DNA of 64,000 nt from Balanoglossus misakiensis. Taxonomy: Eukaryota; Animalia; Hemichordata. The translations under genes and the position numbers were made by a program. The notes under the pieces were generated by a model. It ran no database searches, was not told where the DNA came from, and saw only the letters and a list, made by a program, of their open reading frames with translations. This document shows positions 15,101 to 25,809 of the stretch, one piece after another; the stretch's first letter is position 1, and every line of letters begins with the position of its first letter. The DNA is taken from NCBI GenBank assembly GCA_040954595.2, contig CM082587.2:248001-312000 (forward strand), in the 5' to 3' direction.

Positions 15101-18100
15101 AAAGTCGAAAAGTATTCAACAGTATATCAGTGTAAATTACACTTGAAGACACACTGACACGAACAGATGCAATTTGCCTAAAATGATGTCCATTTCACAT
15201 TTGATGTTTTTGTGGTCCGAGTATAAACACTCCATTGCTATTTGAGACAACTATGCAGAACTATGCAGTTTTTTTGCACAATTTGGGGTGCTAATGTGTA
15301 CCATACCAGTTACAAGCTGCTGATAATTTCTGACATATCTGGATCTTTTTGCCAATTTCTAGGGTTAGGGTTAGATGTTGACATTTCTTTGGTGCTTAGG
15401 CCAACTGCTCTCATTTGAACAGTTTCTTTTTTCACTCTAAGGATAGTGGGGGTTGCAACAAACCAAGATTTCTTCAGCAAACTATATCAGTGGTTGCGTT
15501 AATTGGAATGTACTGTTAGTGTTAGACAATATCCATGAGAACTGTACCTCATTTCTGGATAGCCTGACTGAATAAACACACATTTTCAATCAGCAAAAAT
15601 TCACACACACGTCACAAAAAAGACCTGGTTTTGTTTTGTTTACACTGCCTTCCAAGACACCTAGCCTCCTCAATGCATAGCTGCAAAACACACCACCTTC
15701 ACCAATTTCTTCCCTCTCCCTCAATGTCTAACTTTTTTCAGTCCTTGTGCATGCCAACAAGTGACAAGTTTTAACATGATTACACAGTGTACACGATGAC
15801 TATTTCATATTTTGAGCTGAAGGATCAACTCTACAATATATTTTATTGGAAGAAACAAGTGTTGTTCCACTAGTTACGCAGACTACATTGTAAATATATT
15901 ATATACATACTGGGTTGCTAGAAGTTATTTTGCTAAATTGAGCAAGCTGATGAACTATGGATCTTTTGAAACTACTGACAAAAAGTATTGCATTCTGTCA
16001 CAGACAAATTTCTCTTTCCAAAAGCTATAAATCATACATGACTAACAAAAGGTAGATAAGGCAAGAGAAACTGTCAAGAGTACCTGGACAACAATCTTTT
16101 GAAAGGTTAACATAGACAATGTGGAATACACAAAATTATACAAATGTTTGTTTTGAAATAAACTTTCACAAATAAAAACTGAATTTGTCTCCAGAAGACC
16201 AAAATGCATCAAGTTAATGCTTTCTAAAAACCACACTGACCAATTAAGTCTACATGGGCGCAGAGTACTATTTACAAAGCAGAAAATAGTTTTACACAAA
16301 AGTTACACTGAAACATCTTGTACAAGCTTTGACTTTGAGAAAATCTTGTGCTTTTTTTACTTAAAAAAATTTATTCTTTCTTTCTCATCCCAAATAAATT
16401 CTGCTGATAGTAGACTGAAGCCATTTGAGAGTGCATGTGTTTTAGGAACAGGGCTGGCCAACTATTGGCTAGATTAGTTTACGTGGGCCCACTGAGTATT
16501 CCTCAATGGTGGTGGAGCTGGCTACTAAGAAAAACATTGAGCAAACACTTGTTGGCACGCACAAGTAGACAGATATGCATATCCCAAGGAACTTTTCGGA
16601 ATAACTTAAGTTATTTCTGATTTTACTGCAGCTATTCATAGAGGGTGGGTCAAAGAAGAGCACACAAAAACGCATGCACAGGGAATATACCCGACAGCAC
16701 TGTGTTCATTTGGTGATAAGACTTTATCACCCTTTAAGCGCACTGTCGTGTATAATGACAACCCACCCACCACACAGCCAAACAATCGGACAGAGCGCGC
16801 AAGACGCCCCCACAGCATCTGAACTAACAAACACTCATCACAAAGCTGCAAGTGACTAACTTCTTATGACTTCTTTGGAACTTGAAGATTACCATGCGAG
16901 GGACACACACAGCACAGCTCGCGGTACTCCATCAATGTTCAACGTGTAGCCCAGCTGGCCTGCCTCCCTGATCACACATGCCACTCTTTAGGCTTTCAGT
17001 ACATCTGTACACAGGTTAAAAAACTTGGCTGGATTTTCTGACACTATGAAAGCTAGAGGATACAATGTCCACAGCAATCACAACATGTCTTCACAACAAG
17101 TAATGTGTACACTAGTCTTCTAAGTTAGAAGTGCAATTGGTCAATTTTCAGCAGTGAACTTGTTTTTAAATATATTTTCTGACAACAAGGCAAATCAGTC
17201 CTTATGGAAAGAATGCTCCCATGATTGCAAAATATGCGCAACATTGGTTTCACAGTGCTGGGCACTGATAATATACACCAAATATGTGCATAAAAGTGAC
17301 AATTAGAAGTAAAGAGTTTGATTGATTCTGAAGCAAGCCAAGTTGCTGATTACCATGATTTCACTTTTTGTGATTTGCTTTTAGAAGTCACAAGCCTAAA
17401 CCAATAGCTAGTGTACACATATAGACAATGGTAACTTACACGTTTGAAAAAGGCATCTTATGCATATTGTTTTTGTTTTAACTACCTGACTCTGAGTCAC
17501 TACTGTCTGATGAGCTAGAAGAACCGCTACTGCTACTACTACTGTCGCTATCTGATGAACTGCTGCTACTGGCACTCAGCCTCGATGGACCACCAACCAC
17601 ATCGATCATACTTTCAACTGCTTCCCTCTCAGCTGTAAGCAAAGAAAAGGAAAACGTCATTTCTGTTGTAAACGTTAGCAATTTCAATCATGTGCTATCA
17701 ATAAATTTATAGGAAAAGAAACCACATAAGACATCATTTCAAGTTTATTTTTGTTTTGGTTAAAACTACTGCAAAAATAGCCTATGGTTGGACATTCTGC
17801 GAGACTAATTTATACACCTACCTTTCTTTGAAGATTTCTTTGCATAAGCACCACCTAACTGACCACTAACGTCTTGTAACCTCCTTTCTAATTCTTGTTT
17901 TTTTTCCCTCTGTTGTTCCTCTTTCGTCTTTCCTGAATTCTTTTTGGCTGCAATGATTAAAAGATTCCTCACTGTATCATATTCAATATTTTATAGCAAT
18001 CGGACGGATGTCATACCGAACAAATATTTTCACATATGCAAACAAAATTCTGTTCCCATGGCATGAAACAACCACCATCATGTCCCCATGAGAGGCAACG

Positions 18101-21100
18101 GTGATTGTGATTAACATGGGATTGCATTTACTATCACCTCAATTGATTAAAAAGTCACGTCATGGCTAAATGAGCTGGTACTTTTGCCCAATGAGGTATT
18201 CAGTGTTACTGCAATGCAACTTTCAAACATTTCAAATTAGAATTACAAAATCAACCTGCCAGATTCTGACTGTCTCATGAAAACAGCTCAAAAGCTGTAC
18301 ACCAAAGTCCTTATGAATCTTACACAAAATAATACAAATTGTCGAGGGACAAAACTACATCTTACCGTAAGGTTTCCGAGGCTTTTTCCTTAAACACTGC
18401 ATGACATATCTTTCAAGCTCTCTTAATGTTGAAGGTTTAAGTGTTTCAAAGTCTATTTCAATTTCATCAGGATTGGAATCTCGAAGTGAAGGTTCTCTTG
18501 CCTGGATTATATGTACTACTCTTCCTAATTTGTCACCTGTAAGAAGGGAAAGGAGTGTGTTAACAGTTGACAAAGCATTAAAATCTTTGCAATGAAGTAT
18601 TCTAATCTGATGCCTTGGTTGTCTCAGTTTTATGCATTCTCAACAAATGATTTAAGCAAATTATACCACAGCCCTATTTTATATATTGGGGAGAACCATA
18701 AAAAGTCTTAATATTAACATGTCAACATACCTGGTAATTTATTAATATCTAAACTAAGTTGCCTTTTTTCATCATATGACATTGGTTTTGCCATGTCTTC
18801 ATCTTCACTCTCATACACTGGTGGAGCCTGCTGTTTGTTCTTTTTACTTTGTCTGATGGTTAGAAAAAAAGATCAGAATTACATTTTTCTCCAACTGCAA
18901 AAATCAAGACAGTGGACTTGCCACCACAATATGGCTGTCCATTCTGACCACAAAGAAGTGAAGACATTAGGTGACAACTGATGTTGGAGAGAGACAACCA
19001 TTAAAAAATCCTTACCTGCTATTTGACCTCTTTGGTGGTTTCTTTGCAGCTGGTGGTTTTGTTGATGTTGGCTTCTGTTTTGGCTTCGGTTTCTCTTTCT
19101 TCTCTTCTTTCTTCACTTCAACTTTCTTCTCCTCTTCCTTCTCAGGCTTTTCAACTTCCTTTTCTTTTTCCTTCTCTTTTTCTTTTTTCTTTTTCTTCTT
19201 TTTGGGATCTTTTTCCTTTTCCTTCTCATCATCTTTCTCTTTTTCCTTTTTCTTCTTCTTTGGTTTGTTAAATGTTGCTTCTGATAATGCACTGAGTTGT
19301 TCGTGTACCGCTCTCAGCTGAAAACAACAAAGATTATTAATGAATAGTTGTGTGGCCGTTCAACAATCTGGCAGTCATAAGGGACATTTTCAAAGTTCCT
19401 CTTGGCTAAAAGACGACTGTAATCAGTTGTACAGATATAGATCCTTCGACATGGTCACTTTAAGACCATACAGCAAAAACAGCAGCAGAACGCTGATGTT
19501 GATGAAGCAAGGCCTTCTTTGACACATGCCTCAGTTGACACGCATGATATCATCATTTTACAGTACTCAAACTTTTCCAATTGCAGTTGCTAAACTTGCA
19601 CATGAAAACACACAATACCCAAGTGTGAATTGGCTAATATGAGCACACAATTTAAATTCTCACCTGTGCCTGGAGCTGTGATAATTTGTTGGCCCTCTCC
19701 TCTTCGCTATCTGTGCTATCTGAATCTGATGAGGAATCACTACTACTGCTACTTCCACTACTGCTACTGGCTGCAGTGGCGGCTGGTGTTGGGTCTGGCT
19801 CACTAGGTGGTGGAGTTGGTTCATCAGGCATTTTAGCAAATTTCATTTCAAAGACATCCTGCATGAGAAATTATACGGATACTTAGTCTTAATCAAACTA
19901 GTGACATTTTGGCAAGTCTAAATATAAATAGATTAGCATTTCAAAGGTTAGTCCGATTGCCAGGTCACATGATGAAAATAGCCTACCTGCAATTTTCTTG
20001 CCATGGCAACTACATCATGGTCTGGCGGATTGTACTTGTAACAATTTGTGAATATTGACCTAACATCGCCAGCAAATTCATTTGCAGTGTTGTACTCTCT
20101 AGTGTCCATCTTCCTCTGAAAGAAATTAGGAATGGAAATCAACACAGCATTAAAATCCAGCATTTTGAACATGGTCATGCCTGTTTCATTGGCAGAAGTC
20201 ATATTGATGAGATCAACGAAGTAACTGACTGTTCCCATGGCATGAAACAACCACCATCATGTCCCCAAGAGAGGCAAAGTGACTGTGATTAACATGGGAT
20301 TGGATTTACTATCACCTCAATTGATTAAAAAGTCACGTCATGGCTAAATGAGCTGGTACTTTTGCCCAATGAGGTATTGGCAGCCACATAGTTCTAGTGA
20401 CTGTTGATATTTCCAAATTACTTGATGTATTCACAAAATCAGATTGAATGATCACATGACATGTCAGTGCATTACTTCAGGTGAACATCAAAATTATCAT
20501 CTTATAGCTCCAATGAAACTTATTTAGAGACAACTGACCATAAAAAAGCTACCATATTTTCTTTCAACGAGAGTGGCTTACCTTGACAGAACCCAAGTCC
20601 ATTGGATTTTTTATAATTTCATGGTAATCATGAAGCCCCAGCAGCTGTGCATCCACTGGTTTGTAAAACGGCCACGCATAACCCTGGGAAGATAGGTTCA
20701 CATGACGGTTAAGTTTTTCATTCAAGCAATAGTTGAAGAACCAGAATGTATTAGCATGTGATCTGACATATTCTAAAATGCCTCTTCCAATATCCTGCAA
20801 TTTAACAGACTCAGCTGATTTTTACAGCAGTGGTCAGGGAAATTGATAGGGGTTTATCAACTTTAGTATCCAAAATTATACGACACCTGATGTAAACATA
20901 GTTTGCTTAATTCATTCAAAACACTGCAGCTTTTGTCATACTGATGAGATCACCAAAGTAGCCGACTGTTCCCATGGCATGAAACAACCACCATCATGTC
21001 CCCATGAGAGGCAACGGTGATTGTGATTAACATGGGATTGCATTTACTATCACCTCAATTGATTAAAAAGTCACGTCATGGCTAAATGAGCTGGTACTTT

Positions 21101-24100
21101 TGCCCAATGAGGTATTGGCAGCAGCATAGATCTAGTGACAGTGGACGATTCCAAATTGACATGTCAGTGTACAATCATTTGTCAAAAACATGTTTACGTT
21201 CTCTTGCACGTGATTGCAAGTGATGAAGATTTTTTAATATTCTCTTTCCTACACAGTGTGGCTTTTCACAGCCAAGTAGATCTATCTTAGAGAGCTACTT
21301 TTTATCGCGTAACAGATCACACACACAGGCTATCATAACTGGTTGAAGTGAACCTCGAAGGACATGTTGTAGTGCTTCCAACAGGCAAGATATTTCTAAT
21401 TGCTTCAGTGATGAGCTGCCTCCTCCTGATATGGCGTACAGAACACACAATACACACAGTAGATCACCAAGAAGGAACTCACTGAATGTTTCTTTGAAAA
21501 AAGTTCCTTAAGAATTCCACTACAGTACTTGAGCTGTTCAGTAAGTTTTCCTTTTTTGCCTTTGCTGTGCTGAGCTGCATCAGGCAAGTCCTTTTTAGGT
21601 GGTTTAATTTTGCGTCCACTTTCCCTCCTTGCTGGAATCTTAGCAGGTTTGCCAGTGGATATGGGTTCATTCATCATGGGCACAGGTTCTTCATGAGAGG
21701 GAGGTAATATTAATGCTGTTGGTGTTGTTGTGTCTGCTTTCCTCTTCACGCCTTTCTTTGCCTAACAGACAAAAAAACACCACAGATGTTAGTTTTACAG
21801 AAAAGCTTGTGTCAAAAACGTATGTCATCAGTTATTTCCTTCACAAGACTAAACCATGATTACATTAGTTTACTTATTATTTATGAGAAAATGCCAAGTA
21901 ACGCATGGACAAAATTCAAGCTTACTTTTGAAACTGGCTGTGCTGGTGGCTGTACAACAGAATTTGCTTGCTGAACTTGCTGGGGCCTATAATCTGGAAT
22001 ACTTAGTTGAGGGGGCAATTCCGGTAATGGCATTTGCATTTGTTGCTGGACTGGTGGTGGCGGTGGTGTCGCTGTTGACATTGGCAATGCTGTAATAGAG
22101 AGCAATACAACTTTAGATACAATATGCCAGGACAATGAGTAAAATGAATAATTTCCAGCACATTGTATGAAAAAGAAATTCAACTCAACCAGCCATGCAC
22201 AAAGATGAAATAGGGGTCCAATCTTACAAGTGGAAATATTAAGTGGACCCAAGATGAAATTAAAGTGAAAATTACTAATTACCTGTGACACCTGGCTGTG
22301 GTTGGGGGCTTGTTACTACTGCTTGTGTTGCAGTAGGAGTAAGCTGTGAAACTGCTGCAGCTATAGGACCTCCGCGACCTTTGGCTTTCTTCGCCCTCTT
22401 CCCCATAATTTCAGAGTCTTTCGATGGCGGTGGTATTTCAATTTCTTCCTGTGGCATCTGTGCAACTTTTGTGAGAAACTGTTTTTCTAGTGCTTGAGCC
22501 ATGAGGACAACATCCTGTGTGAATGAGATAAATTTTCTGTCCATGTCACTTTGAAACTTGCAAACTCCTACTTTTTAATAAATGACCTCAAGTTGAAATA
22601 ATCAGCTTTTCTCAGATTAAAATTGAAATCAGGAATTCAGATCAGGTGCAGATCTAAAATTGTATATCATCACAGAAAAGCATGAATGCTGCCACTTATT
22701 TGTGTAGACAACACTCTTTATGAACATTTATCGATCTTGCTATCATGAGCCAAAGTTCATTACAAATTATGAGTGAAATCCATAACACAATATGGGGTTT
22801 TCTCAGATGAAAGTTAACTGAACATCAATATGAACATCAGAGTAGGTAAGGTTATATTCATCACAGAAAACCACTCTTTTCATCATACACAAAAAAAATC
22901 ACTGAGCTACAATAGTTAAAATCTTACCTCGCCTGGTTTGTTGTATAAATAACAATTTGTAAACATGAGATTGAAATCCGACATGCATTCTTTTGCGCTG
23001 TGGTAATAATTACTTTCTAATCTTTTCTTAATAGTACCAAGGTCCATGGGATTTTTTATGATGTCAAAATAATCCTGTGGGCAAAAAGATATAACTGGTT
23101 AATGAATGGACACCACTATTACACAGGGTGCACATAACTAAAATTCTGATCAAATCTTTGCAAACATTGATGCTTCACTCAGAAAGAAAAGCATGAGGAT
23201 TTTTAATGATTACTTTTTCACCAAGTGTTACGGAAATCACAACAAACAATCTGAATGCACTCTACATCATACTTACTGGTAGTCCTAGTTTGCTTGGGTC
23301 AACAGGTGTATGAAATGGCCAAGCAAACTGGTGTTTCCAGACAGCTTTCATAACTACATTTTTCAGGTAAATTAGCTGATTTGTCTGTCTTCCGTGTCTT
23401 TTCTGTTCCATTTTCTGAAACAGAATGAGATAAAAAAAAATCTTACATCTACAACCTCAGGTGTATCTACAACTCCAGCTGAAAATTTTGCTCAAATTTT
23501 GAATCTTGCTACCACCCAATCTCTAAATCACACGGATACACACCCTTTTGAAATTGCAGAATGTAGTACACAAATGGGATCTTTGGGAGCTACATCTACT
23601 GTACGCTATCAAAAATAAATACACTGCACAATAACATAGAAGCAGACTTACCACTTCTTGAGATTCTGGTGATAGTTCTTGCTGTACTGGTTGTACTGGC
23701 TGTTGTGGCGTTAGTGGCAATGGGTTTGGTTTAGGAGTTTCATACCCTTCATACATAAGAGATGGTCTTCGTACTCTCTTCCCAAGATGAACTGAGGGGC
23801 TAATTCCATTTACAGACTGACCATTAGCACCAATTGGGTCATTCTGCATGCCAAGAACATTATTCCTATAAAAAAAAGTCAAATTAATCTTGCTCATTGC
23901 TTTCTAATTAAATCTTGCGTAGATGTTTCAAAGGTACAATTTTGTTCTAATTTGCAAAAATATGGATTCATTGCAATTGATTGGGTGTACTTCAGTAGGG
24001 ACTTTTATTCTTGCATTTACTTTTTACAGATGTCTTCAAGCAAAAACAAATCAAAAGGAAAACGGCTTAGGGGGATAAAATCCACACGCATCTACTGTTG

Positions 24101-25806
24101 ACCTGATCAAACAGAGTGGTTATGTATGGACACCAATTCTTGCATCAAATGCCTACAGGTCATCCATCCAATTCTACATCCAGATTAAAGGTCAACCAGT
24201 CTTAAGCAGCCTTTGAAGTCGAATGAGGGCATCGACAAACATCATTGGAAGATTTATGTTCAAGGTGCAAGTTAAAAGGGGCATAAGAAAATCAGAAAAT
24301 GAACTTCCTCAGATAACCTAGAATGTACCTGGTGACCCCAGTGTATATAACAAAATGTGGTGAGGCCACGACCTCGAATATAGGTCATGCCCAAGGGGCA
24401 AAGTTTTATTTGTGACAACTTTCCAGATCATCCAGAGAGACAATAAATGAACAAATCAGAGCAACAAAAATAGCTTAATTTTCCTATAAGCAACTTCTCT
24501 TAGAGAATAGCATGCACAATTTGACAAGCAACAAACCTTTTCTATTCATATGTCAAACAAGTGGCTGAGGTGAAAACAAATGAACTATGTTGCCTTTACC
24601 TAATCAAAAGCCTGCAGGCTCTCAAATGTCAAAAGATCCAAATTTCTACGGTGATTCAAATAATCTTGTTTGAATTCCAGTGACAACACAACCAACAAGA
24701 CAAGAAAAACCTGTAATTTAACCTGAATATCGTACTGCCACTTTTTGTTACTGTTACAAGTGTCCCGAAATGTTACACAACTACTGATGAAAGCGAGGAA
24801 GTTTCGGGACAAATTTTTCACAAAATACAATGCATGATGGTCAAATATGGATCTGGCTGAAAGATATTGCAGAGGTTAACATTCAATCTTACAATAAGGC
24901 AAGTAAATGTAATGACTCTGCAAACACTTTGGACAGAATTCGCTGCTGTCAAATCAATACAACAAGCAGGATGACACCTTATGACCTCCACACAATAAAA
25001 CCATGTTCCCAGTACATTCCATCAAAATACACTGTATCAAGGTCATTCAAAGCATGATATCATCACAATTCTAAGAAGCGATATATAAAAGGAAATTGAC
25101 ACAAATCCACCATATCACCAAAATCAAGAATTCTGGCATCTCATACAGTACACGACCGAAACATCAATATTTCGACGCAGGTTCAAACAAAGGAAATATT
25201 CACAGGCACAGAAGCCATTGTATTCGCATTACAATCTCGGGTCGACCAATGCAACGCTATGCATGCACGGGGACCATGTGGGCCAGTATATAGCTACTTC
25301 CTGGATATAAACACACTTTTGGCAATTTCTGAGGCAAATAACGACTATAATTCCAAACAATCGTATATGTCCAGAAATTGGGTGTATTAAATGAAAACGA
25401 CAACCTGGTGTCAATTATTCTGCGTTTCCTCCATTGGCGTTTATTCCCAATTTTCTAGAATTTTCCATATTTTCAAAAGCTCTTCGAAGACTTAACTGAT
25501 GTCAAAACACACTAAATATATCATCAAAATACACATTATTTAGCCGTTGACAACGTCCTTCAAATATTGACGTGAATTTTCGCATTAACGCGCACCTTTT
25601 CCATGTTAATCAAAAGCATGTCATACAAGACTCTTGAGCTGAACACATAAAGCCGTCCTTCACCGAACTACTACTCGTTCACTTCTTGCCCCCTCTGTCA
25701 AGTTAAAACTAGGTCATATAGGCAAAATATTAGTATAGTACCCTTGCTGGATGTTGTGTGCTGACTGCTGATAGCCGTGCAGTGCCGGATGGCTCTTGGT
25801 ATCCAT
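9147..25806 (-). CDS. BRD4: BET-family bromodomain protein (BRD2/3/4/T, fsh orthologue), long isoform, 24 coding exons
   Basis: Phase-compatible GT-AG exons: 25742-25806, 23652-23865, 23277-23414, 22928-23074, 22283-22514, 21926-22089, 21483-21761, 20582-20683, 19987-20115, 19664-19858, 19016-19317, 18731-18852, 18366-18536, 17822-17947, 17486-17632, 14289-14437, 13596-13716, 13112-13336, 12268-12924, 11055-11146, 10223-10369, 9800-9891, 9414-9543, 9147-9212. BD1 ([10 protein letters not shown]...[15 protein letters not shown]), motif [11 protein letters not shown]2 ([10 protein letters not shown]...[22 protein letters not shown]), ET domain ([19 protein letters not shown]), Ser-rich SEED, C-terminal motif [17 protein letters not shown]. 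Confidence 0.95.
14018..14215. repeat. Intronic tandem repeat, three copies of a 61-68-bp unit
   Basis: AGCTATATGATCTTGACCAAATTGCTGGCCTATTTCTGTGAA(C/T)ACAGCAGCCAGTGACAGAAG repeated three times. Confidence 0.9.
17478..25806 (-). CDS. BRD4: BET short isoform ending just after the SEED region
   Basis: Read-through of the donor at 17485 gives ...SESGS-TAA (17478-17480). Candidate AATAAA on the minus strand near 14998-15003 in the ~3-kb intron. Same layout as BRD4-S and fsh-S. Confidence 0.7.
18048..18200 (-). ncRNA. H/ACA box snoRNA, SNORA48-like, copy 1
   Basis: Hairpin - H box AUAGUA (18129-18134) - hairpin - ACA (18051-18053). The 3' pocket UUAAUC / UUCAUGC, 14 nt from ACA, is complementary to 28S GCAUGAA-U-G-GAUUAA. 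Intronic, sense to host, ~100 nt from the acceptor. Confidence 0.88.
19416..19564 (-). ncRNA. SNORD10: C/D box snoRNA, SNORD10 (mgU6-77)-like
   Basis: Terminal stem ACUGUAA/UUACAGU, C box AUGAUGA (19550-19556), D' CUGA (19531-19534) preceded by guide UCAUGCGUGUCA, D box CUGA (19423-19426). Length 149 nt. Guide and the 3' AAGGAUC...UGUAC segment match recalled human SNORD10. Confidence 0.88.
20227..20378 (-). ncRNA. H/ACA box snoRNA, SNORA48-like, copy 2
   Basis: Same structure as copy 1. The few differences fall in the upper stem/loop and hinge; boxes and guide pockets are unchanged. Confidence 0.88.
20964..21116 (-). ncRNA. H/ACA box snoRNA, SNORA48-like, copy 3
   Basis: Body reads identical to copy 1 from the 5' stem to the ACA box (20967-20969). 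Confidence 0.88.
22605..22681 (-). ncRNA. C/D box snoRNA candidate A (28S guide)
   Basis: Terminal stem GCUUUUCU/AGAAAAGC, C box GUGAUGA (22667-22673), guide AGAUCUGCAC followed by CUGA, terminal D box CUGA (22612-22615). Guide is complementary to conserved 28S GUGCAGAUCU. Confidence 0.78.
22796..22872 (-). ncRNA. C/D box snoRNA candidate B (28S guide)
   Basis: Terminal stem GGUUUUCU/AGAAAACC, C box GUGAUGA (22858-22864), guide CCUUACCUAC-U before D' CUGA, C'-like UUGAUGU, D box CUGA (22803-22806). Guide is complementary to conserved 28S GUAGGUAAGG. Confidence 0.8.
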
Positions 25807-25809
25807 TCT

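Noticed and set aside
18878-19002. Intron-spanning inverted repeat TCTCCAAC...GTTGGAGA
   Set aside because: Only 8 bp and no snoRNA boxes; cannot be distinguished from chance.
20735-20895. Possible extra H/ACA RNA between copy 3 and the acceptor
   Set aside because: ANANNA and ACA can be found, but the stems are weak and no target is evident.
23170-23270. C/D-like boxes in the BD1 intron
   Set aside because: Non-canonical C box, no terminal stem, no recognisable guide.
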